From Hydrolagus colliei (taxonomy: Eukaryota), in NCBI GenBank assembly GCA_035084275.1, contig CM068748.1, forward strand, positions 12,090,001 to 12,154,000: a stretch of DNA of 64,000 nt, written 5' to 3'. The notes beneath the pieces are model-generated. The model saw only the letters and a program-made list of their open reading frames with translations. It ran no database searches and was not told the DNA's origin. Position numbers and translations under genes: made by a program. Below are positions 12,301-24,300 of this stretch, piece after piece. How positions within the stretch are numbered: position 1 is the stretch's first letter; each line of letters begins with the position of its first letter.

Positions 12301-15300
12301 TACTGTTGATGTACTAAATATATTACAGTGAATTAAAGTATTCAGTTGCAGGCAAACAGTCCATGGATGACTGATATAATTTATCCAACAACCTCTCTGC
12401 AGTGCAAATGAGAGATTCAATGAGAGTAAAATGAGCTCTGTCACTCCAAATTACTATCCTTCACACTACTTGTTAGTTTGCATTGGCAGAACACTTGGAA
12501 CAGATCAGTTCCATGTACACTTAGCTGAATAATTATCAACAGTCCTAAAGAGGGCCAGGGAAATTCATACTGAATTATACCACTGACAAAACAGCTGGAA
12601 CTGAGAGTGTCAAAGGGTATTGGCAATGCCTGGGTAAAAGTCTCCAGGCCAACGTTTGGGCACTGAAGGTACATAACATGGGGGAGGCTAACCCTAATGT
12701 GGAGGCCAAAGGGTTGAAATTAATTAATTAATTATTTTCAATGAGTGGATTCATTTAGATGGATATTTGGAGAGGATAAAATTGCAGGGCTATGGAGAGA
12801 AAACGGAGCAGTGGGATTAATTTGGATTGTCCTTTTCAGAGCCGGCGCAGACACAATGGACCGAATGGCCTCCTTCTGTGCTGTTTAATTCTATGATTCT
12901 ACGATTTAATAAACAAAACCAAATAGCCTTATTTCATTCCGTTGCTAAGAAAATGGGAAACAGTTTAACTGAAGTGTTTTAATGATGAATTTTACCTGGA
13001 TACATACTTATGCTTCTAAAACTTACCGTTGTGGGATTTATTCCAAACCTTCCCTCCCCATCCACAAGGCTGTATTCAATCAATGCAAAACTGCCATAAT
13101 CTGCATCAGTGGCACTGACTTGGATAATCACTGTTCCTAAGGAGACATCTTCAAACACAGGCTTCTGTATATAGTCATGATAAAACGTGTTTAGAAAACA
13201 TACCTGACGTTGAAATGCCTCTGCTTTCTACAGTTGATACACAATATATACTGTAATAATATAACAATTGCGTTTGATATAATAATAAATAATAATCCTT
13301 GCAATTGATATAGCACGTTTCACGTCTTCTAGACATCTCAAAGTGCTTCACAGAATATATTGTAAAATTATATATATTTTGTGGGCAAAATACAACAGCC
13401 AATTAAGCACATCAGTGTCCCACAAACAATTGTGGATTGAAGTGACCAATTAATTATTTCTTTTCTTGAGAGATTATCATCAGGCATGTGGAGCAAGGAA
13501 ACTTGCCCAAAGTGTCGCCTGCTGGGAATCGAACCCAGATCTCTCGCATGCAAGGCAAGTGCTCTAACCACTGAGTGAGAGGACTCCGCTGTAGCTTTAT
13601 CACATCATTGAAAGTTCTCAAAGCTTTTCACAGAATTTAAACGTAAAGTACAGTGACTGTATATTTTGTAGGCATAAATGTTTTTTGGGGGTTTTACCTG
13701 GTTAGACTCCAGCAGTACCCCAACGCACACAGGTGGTCTCCAAGCCTTGGCTCTCACCAACCTATACATAATTCTTTCCAGAATTACGTATGGAGGATGC
13801 ATCCCTCCAAGAAGAGTGTGCACTCCACTCTAACAATCTATCTCTGGATTTTCTGTGCACACACAGGGTACATGGAATTCCCAGTTTGATTTGGATACTG
13901 CGATGCATGGTGATGCATTTCCAAATATTTCATGGCTTGGCTTATCCAACAAAAAATTAAAAAGCTGTGGACTTCTAATTCAGTTGTACTCAGAAGATTG
14001 CCATTAGCAAACTGTATCAGGCAGAGGCTGTATACCAGAATCCAAGCAGCAATTAACATCGAGCTATTCTGTCCACCCACACATCACCCATTCACGATTT
14101 GCAACGGAGCCAATTAACCACATAGTGACCTGGTAGGAGGACTGCACGAAGACAGGGTTGTTATCATTGATGTCCACAATCTGTAAATGGATGGGAACCT
14201 GCATGGATCGAGGTGGTGTTCCATGATCCACAGCTCGAACTGTGAAATTCAGCCAATGGACCTCTTCATAATCCACTGTCCTGTTTGCAATAATTTTTCC
14301 TGTGGGGAGAGGATGGTGAAAAGAGAAAACGCTTTCAAAGTGAATTACTCAGCTTTACAGTTACTTTGCCAAATCCAGCTCTGCTTTGCTACTGATTAGC
14401 TGAATAAGAAATGTGGCTGTGATCTGATTGTGTCTTTGCTGATACCATGCACTACATATTCACTGTAGCAGGGAAAGACTAGCAGTCGTATGATTCCACT
14501 TGAATAATAAACCTCACATTTGATACAGCAACTTTCACATCGGAATTTGCAAAGCCAAATTATCATGGACAGACAGACACAAAAGCTGCTCGACAAAATT
14601 GCATCATTGTGTTGTGGCTTTCCAACCATAATATGTTGCCCAAACGTTGACAGGTCTTAACATGAATTTCATTGATCACATCACTGTATGCAACATCAAC
14701 ATGATGAAATAACCACTTCTTTTCCATTTCCAAATAAATGTTTGCCCATCAGAACACACTGGCCGTGGAGGTCTCAGGACAACACTATGAAGGCAGCATA
14801 AAATCTAACATTTATTATATACAGTACAGTATTTACAATTCCCCACAACATACCCGCTGCAGGATCCTCCAGTCGGATATAACCGCCAGGTGGAAGGTTT
14901 AGAAGCTCGTAAATGATGCGCCCATTGATCCCTCTGTCAGAATCTACTGCTGTTAGGGAGATGAGCGTTGTCCCAGCTGTTGCCCCTTCTAGTATTCGTT
15001 CAGTGAAAGCTGTAACCCCAAATGGTCTGAACCGGGGTGCATTATCATTGACATCCTGAACATTCACTGTGAGCTTAGCTAAAACATCACGAAGAAAAAG
15101 TTAGATGGTTGACTTTTATTTAAACAGAACGGGCACTATTGTATCAAATCCTTTAATTTTCTTCCATTGAATCTCATCCCTCCAGAACACCCACCCTACT
15201 CTTCCCCCATCACATCAAGCTATTTTTTAAAAAAATGAATCATGTGCCCTCTAAATTTGGACAAGAAGGTAGGCTAATCCCTTGCTCCCACACCAATGTT

Positions 15301-18300
15301 AATTAGCTTGTCAGGTTTTTCACAACAAAAGATTCAGTTGTCAACCTTTTTTGCCTCACTTCATACAGCTGAGATTGAGATGTCAGAGACACAGGGGAGT
15401 CAAACTAATATCTCTGGTATGGTGCAATGCAATCCAATGGTGTACTTCGATCCATTTCTTCACTCAATGGATTATAATTTTTAAGATTATTTTTAAAACT
15501 TCGTGGATTCAGAGAAATGTAGGACAGCACATCCTCATGTGGCTAGCAAGCCTTAGGGTGGATTGGGAAAAGGCCATTCTGCTATTAATTTGTGTAACTT
15601 AAACTAATAAGATTCATAAAATTAAAACACACAAACGTTGATTTGAAGAAAGGTCCTGTTTTAGATTACGCTCTGGCTAATGTTTTTTTTCACCACTTTG
15701 GAGCATTAACAAATATAAGTTGAGCTAAAAGTGGGAAATTGGAGGGAAAATCATTGTGGATATTCTTGCGCATCCCCTGTGGGACCTCACCACAAAATAA
15801 ATAAACTCACATCTAAACAGTTATAGACCAATGTAAGACCTGCACAATCATGCTACGTCAAACTGTCAAAAAAAAATCCACCTTTTAAAGAGAGTGTGAA
15901 AAGCTTACCATTGGGAACACTGACAGAATGATCAATCACATCACTAGCATTGTCGTGCACCGAGATAGTTATTTCATAAGTAGAGACCATCTCCCGGTTC
16001 AAAGAGCTTCTTACAAACACAGCTCCTGGACAAAATCAAAACAATAGCAGAAGGTCCACAGTATGGTGTTTACTATTATTAAATGGGGACAAACAATGCA
16101 AAATATCATCTTGTGTCCAGCATCCTACAGGTTGGTTTGTTATTTGACATAGATCATACCCCAGCGTGGAATAATATTGTACTTAGTTAATTATAATATT
16201 CATAGATCCTGTAGCCCAGAATGTTCCCAGATCGGGGAGACCACAACAAAGAGGGGAACAAAATAACAGGAAACAGCACAACATGTTCTGTGACTTTGAT
16301 TATCTAGTCTATTGGTGAACACCTTACGAAACAGCACAAAGCACTCCATGGTTTCAGATAATCTGAAATCGAAGCTTCAATTTAAAGGTTGCAAATGACA
16401 AGTTGCAGTAGTATCAGTCCTTATCCTTGCTTTGCAGTGTTGGTGAGGTTGATCCACATAGTTAACAAATAATTTCTCCTGCACTGATACACATGGATGA
16501 AAACCACCAATGCTTTGAGCAATTATATAATTGAGTAGCTCTTTATCGCAATGAAAACTTCTTTCTCACTTTACCTAATTGACTACCAGACACCAGACAG
16601 AACCATTATCAGGGGTATGCAATGCCTTAGTACAGATAATGGGGAATACTCTAAATGTTAAACTACTAGATTTGCCCACAATAGAACTACAGATCCTTTT
16701 TCCTTACCAGATTACCAGAGGATACTTGTAGTGGGATAGGGAGAATGGTAGCATGCATGTTGTATCACTTGTATTGTAACTGAAAGATAATAAAAGGGGT
16801 AGTGGGGTGAAATGAGATTGTACTCAAATGGGCGAAATGGAGGTGGGACATTCTAGGTTAAATTCTTTTGTCAGTTTAGCTAAGTAGGTAGAATTTAGCC
16901 TCTTAGTCATATGGTTGTTGGTTCATGCTGTACATCGGGTTTGGAGGTCATGGTTTATGTTGACACTGTAATGAAGAACTATGGGAATGTCTAAGGTACC
17001 GTCCTTTAGATAATATGTAAAATGTAGGTCCCACCTGCCCGTTCTGGTGGATGTTTATGCCTCCATCTAATTTGAAGTAAAGCAGTTGATTTTATTTGGT
17101 GTCACAACCAGCATTCTTTGTTCAAATAATCTCTGAAGCAAACAATGCAAAATACCAGTTTGTGTCCAGCATCCGATAGACAAGTTTGTTACTTGATAAA
17201 GATCATATCCCTGTCCTCATAATACTATGCTCTCAATCCAAATCCCCAAATTATCCTTTTGTACTCTTTCCAGAACTGTAAATAATGCTGCAAGATATTT
17301 TAGACTTGAATGTTATTTCCTTGCCCTGAATCTATTTGCTTCAATTTTAGATCATAAACTTTACTGCCTTGCACGGTGGGGAGATTTTCAATAGATGATT
17401 AGCTATTGTGCCTATCTTTCATTTGCTTTGCTGACTGTGAGCTCAGTCACCTTTGTGTGCAATCACAATTAATAGTTTTAGCACACATATGCATTATACT
17501 ATATTTATTTAACAATACTGAATGTTAAAGACAAATCTGGGCATCAAGGCTTAGTAAACTCATTAAAATTTCCAGCTTTTCATCTACTCCACCCATACAT
17601 TATCATCAGCTCAAACATTCATCTTAAAATCCTAAATATATCCAGTAATGAACGTTCATAATGGCAGCAGATCTCTGGGATAGATCCCAATGGGACTCCA
17701 TCAATCATTTCCCAATTTAAATCACCTGCTTAAAAATGACCCTTTTGCTGTCAAATACTGTACACTTTCCATATAACATGCAATTACACTCATGATTCTT
17801 CTGAACCTTTGCTTTTGCTGCATCTTTCCAACATAATATAATCTAGGGGTTCAGGTGTTGCTATAAAGCTTTAGGGTGAAACTAGGGTGGTTTATAACCT
17901 TTTTGCTTAGTTCCTGAGATTAGATTACACCTTGAAATCACTCAAAGGTAATTTGAAAAAATAACGCGTGGTAACGTAATTGTTTTTATTTAGTTAATAA
18001 ATGAGTGCATCTGCTGACAATAGCTGTTGGCGCTGAACTCATGGTCAGGTCTTTGATGTATGCTAATTCTTACGATGACAGATTAATGATTGTAACCTCA
18101 TCAATCTATAGCAAACAAGGCATGTTTCACCTCAAGCTTTCTTTTTCCAATTCTGTGATTGAGTACAATTGGCAATCTCTGTGTGTTGTGAGAACTAATT
18201 TACTGTGGGTGCAAAAAGTTTGGAAAGGGATAGGAACACGCAGGCAGCCCAGCGGCACAGTTTGTTGGAGAACTGGAAACTACTGCACCAGAGTTTCAGG

Positions 18301-21300
18301 ATGCCTTGCTTGTATCTTTGCTTAGGTCCAAATTACAATTAGTGCAGAATTACGGATAATTCCTGTTTATGGAGTCAAACTAAATGAAGGCTTTCATACT
18401 GTACTTTTATCTAATTGAACAGGACCTCTGTAATGTAAATTGAAAATAACCACTGCTCTAACTAGGTCTGTGTAAAAACCACATAGTAACAGGAGCACAA
18501 GCATCTTACTTGCTACCATTTATATTGGTATTATTGAGTCTTTATTAGCAAAAGTCTAACACAGTGATACTTAATTCAAAGGAAAAATGTCTTGGACAAA
18601 CTTTACAATTTGTTTGTTGTGCCTAAGTTGAGCTTTACCTGTTTCAAAATTGATTCCAAATGCCCTTTGCTGGTCTTGTATTACTGCATCAGTGTCATCC
18701 TTAGCAACAAGCTCAATGATGTAATATTCCAGTCGGGGTCGGAGGTCCTGATCAATAGCTGTAACATTTGCTATGATGGTACCAATTGCAGCTGATTCAC
18801 TGACACTAACAGTCTGGATAGGGTTAATAAAGTCAGGTCTGTAGTCGTTGACATCATCAATTACAATATTCACGGTGGCACTTGCTGACAATGATGGGAT
18901 CCCACGGTCCATCGCTACAACAATAAGTGTATATGACTCCCTTTCCTCGCGGTCTACTGTTACTCCATTGGCCACTTTGATAACTCCAGTGAGGAGGTCA
19001 ATGATAAACTTATCTTGGGCTCCTCCCTCTATACGGTAGCTCAGTTGTTGGTTGGAACCAATATCTGCATCTGTCGCTTTTACCTGGACGACACTAAAAC
19101 CTACAACACAAAAGTACAGCAATGCATCTGACTTCTCAGACTAGAAAGTGTTAGAAGATTCTACCAGAATCTTTACATTAAATAGTTTTAATTAACATTA
19201 TTTAAAAAGAGAATCTAATTCTGCTTTTCTGCTGAGAGTCTCTATTTTCTTCCAGTTTGCACTCAGGTATTTTGGAAGTATATAAATATTTAGAACATTG
19301 CAGGACATTGGAGTCCAAACATACAGTGCCAGGACATAGTGGGATGTGGATTTATGGCAGTCTTCCTCTACATGTTGAATTATTATCCACAGGCATACTG
19401 TCTTTAGGAGATTCTGCCACAGAACCACAACGAAGGAAAATCTTGCATGAAAACCTGAGCCTCACTTCATTATCTCCTAGACACACTGCAGATATGGAAA
19501 CAGATCACCTGCCCAGTCTTTTGGCCCAAAACAATGTACCCCAGAGAGCCAAGAGGCAAAGAGACAAGAGAGGAAACATGTTTTTTTTTGCCCTTCTGAT
19601 TTGTGAAGGGATAAAATTCAATGGGTGTCAGCCGCTCTCTTCTGATTATCTAAGTGATACTCTTCTGGATGCCAATCATGCCCACTGCTTTATGCTGAGA
19701 TCAGAAAAGGAATCAAGCCTGGAACTTTCCTGTAAGAAAAAGCTCGGAACTTCAGTGTTTAGTGCATTTGGTTTGGTGCAAAAAATGACTTTTAAAACTG
19801 TTGTTTTAGGGATGTTCAATGTCAAGGTTCTAGTCGGAGAGATGGTACCTTGGGTGTTGTGGTCTGTCACGTCAATGTTGCTGAGAGCTCTGTCGGTGAA
19901 TATGGCGTCTCACCGTTCACATCAGGGAGCAATGTAAAATGAACTAGAACAGAAAGCAAAGGGGAGGGAGGAGTGCAAGGAAAGATAAATGGGAGGTGGC
20001 AGGATATGAAAAAAGGGACCTGAAAGACCTGTGTAAGAATCTAAACCCAATTTATTCCTGAATATATTCATTCAGCTACTCACCTAAACCTTTCACACAC
20101 AGTATCCAAATTTGGACAAATGTATGATTGTTTCCCCTTCGATTCACAACAATGTTCTTTCTTTAACTTAATAACAAACAACAATGTTGCTGGGCACTTA
20201 GTGACTGTGGGGAAATTTATAACATGCTCCTGTTCTAAGATATTTGGTCACCAGCCCAAACTAGGAAAAAGGTTTTGATGCTGCCTAATAGGTTTTGAAA
20301 ACCCTATAATAACCTATTGTACCTGATGGGCTGTTCTCTGGAAGACTGACTGTCAGCGTGGGAGGACTAAATACCGGTATGTTGTCATTTTCATCTAAAA
20401 CAGTTACAACAAGTCTAGCTGCACTCTTCAATTGGCCGATGTCTTGTGCTATCAATGTGAACACCAGCTGTGCACTGGCCAATGTTTCCCGGTCGATGAT
20501 CTTTCCTGGTCGCACAGAAACTGTACCTGGAATAAGATTTCAAAGACAAATGGTCAGCTCATTTGTTTGGCATATAATTCTAAATGAGAAAACATATAGA
20601 CAAGAGTAGTGTATAATACCAAATGAAAATATGTCAAAATTAAAAATACGTATGCTTAGTTTTCAGACTTCTATACTTTTTAATATCAATTATTAATTAA
20701 TTCAGGTCTCTCCTCCACCAAACCAGTTCCCAGATGAAGACTCAACCCTACGTAATTGTTCTTTCTTTGAAAGAAGCAATGTTTGTGAGACTTGCTGGTT
20801 AGTATTAATCTGGAGATTTGAAAGCCATTGAGTAAGAAAGAGTATTCAGTCACCCAAAAGCATTTTGAAGTCACCGGATCTTGCAGGACTTTTATGATCC
20901 TGAGATGACTGATATATTAGCCTTATAATAATAATAATCCTTACATTTGATATAGCGCTTTTCACGTCTTCTCAACGCTTTGCTTTTTATGGAAATCTGC
21001 ACACAAAGAAGGCTCTAGGATTAGGTTCTAAAGGATAGCCCATTTCTGTGATACTATATTTATAGCAAGAGCGAGTAGCTTCACGGGGAGGAAGAGTGAA
21101 AATGAGAAAAAAACACTTCACTTTATGCTTGCTTTTACTTAGTACCAAAATGTCACAGCAAAACTGTCACCTTGCACAGAATCTTTTGGATCTATTATTG
21201 CAAAATAGATATTGTACATTACACCATCACATATGTCTTTGCTTAAATAAGCCACAGCATCCTCATGCGTTGAGCTAACACTATTTCTCACTAAGACAGT

Positions 21301-24300
21301 CACATTTTTCACATCTTCCCAGCAATTGTGGATCTATTTGTACAAGCCATAGAGCAATACTACAATTTAAGGAAGCTGTGCAATAATGGTTCTGAGCTTT
21401 AATCTGTACAAGCAGACAACAAGGCCACAATCAACATTCTGCTCACTCTAAAATGCTACTACGCTTTCTCACAACATTTTTTCCACTTATGATTCCCCAA
21501 TTAAAGATGCTACAGAAAATCTTCTGGTTTCTGCCAGTTAAAAGGAATAGCAAATTACACGCTAGATGATGGAGATTGAGGGCTGCTTTTCTGTTACTGC
21601 TGTCCAACATTTTATGTTTTGTTTGGTTGAAAAACTGGCCAGGATTAATTAGCATATTCAATATCATTCACATCATCCTCACTAAGCCTTCAACTGCTTT
21701 GGTTGAGATAAAGAATTCAATTTCTGCGTGGAAAGGATAAAAAGTATACACATGTCCGCGATTGTTTGAGAGCAAGGCATTGATATACAGTAGAAGCCCG
21801 TTTATCCGTGACCCGATCAACCGTAACTTCCATATAACCGGCACCGCAAAAAATGGCCTGCATTCGATAACTGTACCGAGTTTAAAGATCTCTCTGAACT
21901 GCCTAGTTGCTGTGTATAAAATGATTATAATTATTATTTATATATTACCATATAAATGATTATTTAGTCTATTATCAATATGCTATGTTTTAAAAAATGT
22001 ATTAAAAAAAATTGTAATAATTTTTTTTGTATTGGATTTTCTGCGAAATATCCGGCAGGCGCTTTAACCGGCACTGGCCAGGTCCCGAGGGTGCCGGATA
22101 AACGGGCTTCTACTGTATCATGAGATTCCATAACCAATATGGATTTATGAATCAGTGGTAAATCTGTGACTCCTCATAAACTAACATTCCTTAAACTGCC
22201 TCTTAAATTCATTTTTCTTGAAGCCAAGTGCTGCCTGGATCGGAATAAATATATTTCTGTCACCAAAAATAGCCACTCAAAGGAGCTAAAAGTGAATATA
22301 GTACTAATCCATTTAATCTGATCAACAAAGTAAATGAGCAGGTAATTATGGCTGATTTGTTATGGTGTCATGTCAAGAGAGAACAACTTCCACTTGTGCA
22401 GATGAAAAAATCTAAATTTATTTTTCCCCAACAGAAGCCTCCAGTCAATGGGCCTCACAATAGGCAGTCGTGTCATTTGCAATATTTTATAGAAAGCAAA
22501 GGCCAAACAATAATTTGCATGTGTATCTTAACGTTTCAACACTTATGGGTATGCAACATTTGGGGGGTGTATTTCTTAGCATACACTCATCCCAGAAGTC
22601 TTCTTTTTGTAAAAAAAAATTGCAACATTTCCGGTAACATAGCAGTCGTTTCAAAATACCAAACTGTCTACAGCATCTTCAAATATATCAAAATGACCTT
22701 CCCACGCAAATTCTTTTTCACCATTCACTATTGCAATGCCCTCCTCACCGGTCTCCCCGCCAACACAATCCACAAAATCCAGCTAATTCAAAACTCTGGC
22801 GCCCACATACTCACCCGCACCAAGCTTCACTCCCCCATTACCCCAGTCCTTACCAGACTTCACTGGCTTCCTGTCCTTGAGAGGATCGACTTCAAGATCC
22901 TCACCCTTGTTTTCAAGTCCCTTCACTCCTCTGCAGCCCCCTACCTCTCGGATCGCGTCTCTCCCCAAACCAGCACCCACTGCCTTTGCTCCACCGGGTC
23001 TGGCCTCCTCCATGTCCCCCGAATCCTCCGCTCCACCCTCGGCGGCCGTGCCTTCAGCCACTATGCCCTAAGGCTCTGGAACTCCCTTCCTCACTCCCTT
23101 CGCCTCGCTCTCTCTCTTCCCAGTTTCAGGTCACAGCTAAAGACCTTTCTCTTCGACCGCGCCTTTGGTCACCTTTCTACCTCTGGCTCAGTCTCATGAT
23201 CCGCTACTGTGAAGCGCTCTGAGACGCCGTCCGGCGTGGAGGGCGCTATATAAATCGTTGTTGTTGTTATTCATAATCAATCAAAGATATCCAGTAGCAA
23301 GGCTAATGGCTTAAAACCAAAACACAAAACAATATAAAAATGCACCAGTATATAAAAAACAAAACCCACCACTAAGCCACAAATTCTCTAGTAAATCCAG
23401 GTGCTTCATAGGATAGCCTACAGATATTTCCTTCGTGACGCCAGCAAAAAGAACAACAATTTCTCCTCAAGCACCATATATAGAAGTGTTGGTCTGAGTG
23501 GTACTCAATAATAGCAATGACCCGACAACACTAAATCTTTATGTTACATGTGTTACAAATCGTTTTGGGATCAGTATTTTAGACAATACCTCTTAAATCA
23601 CAATGGCCATGGATATGTTTATAAAAAATAGCATAAAATCACAGGATTGCTTTGGATGAAGAGGGCCGTTTGGCCTATCTGATCTCATCCCTCAAGAATA
23701 CCCTCCTCACCTTCCTCCCATTGCCCAGGCCTCTCCCATCATATATGGTAATGGGTGACTTACCCCTTGTTCTGTCGATGGTGAAGAAATCAGTCCTGTT
23801 ACCCAGCAAATGGTAGCTCACCACACCATTTGGTCCTTCATCCCTATCATGGGCCATAATTGGTCCATTCACCAGGGTAATTTGTGTACCTAAAAATGAG
23901 ACAATCACCTTTTAAAATCCATGACTGTTTATTCACATCAGTGTCATCTGCAAAATTGTCCTTTGTAAAGACAAAGCACTGGTTGGCAAAATAGGCTTTG
24001 TACAATGGGGTGGAAATCTTGTAGGTGAAATGACAACCCCATTTGTGCACAACTAGGCAGAGTCTGCAAGGTCACAGTGGGGGGAGCTCAAAGTAGATTT
24101 TTTTCTAATACTGCAAAAAAAAACATGCTTCATTCAAGGAAAATGACAAGACTGTTTGACAAGGCTCTTCATTAAGGTCAATCACACACACCCACCTGCT
24201 CGAGAATTTTCAAGAATTTCAGCTTGATATGTGTTTTGAGTAAATATAGGCCTGTTGTCATTTTCATCTGAGATGGAGATAATCAGAAAATTGGAGTCCT

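Noticed and set aside
13510-13587. tRNA-Ala-like sequence (also 30581-30655 and 55775-55848)
   Set aside because: Each is fused to the same SINE body and has a degenerate acceptor stem; these are SINE heads, not tRNA genes
22348-23199. 283-aa ORF
   Set aside because: Chance read-through from intron sequence into an L2 ORF2 fragment
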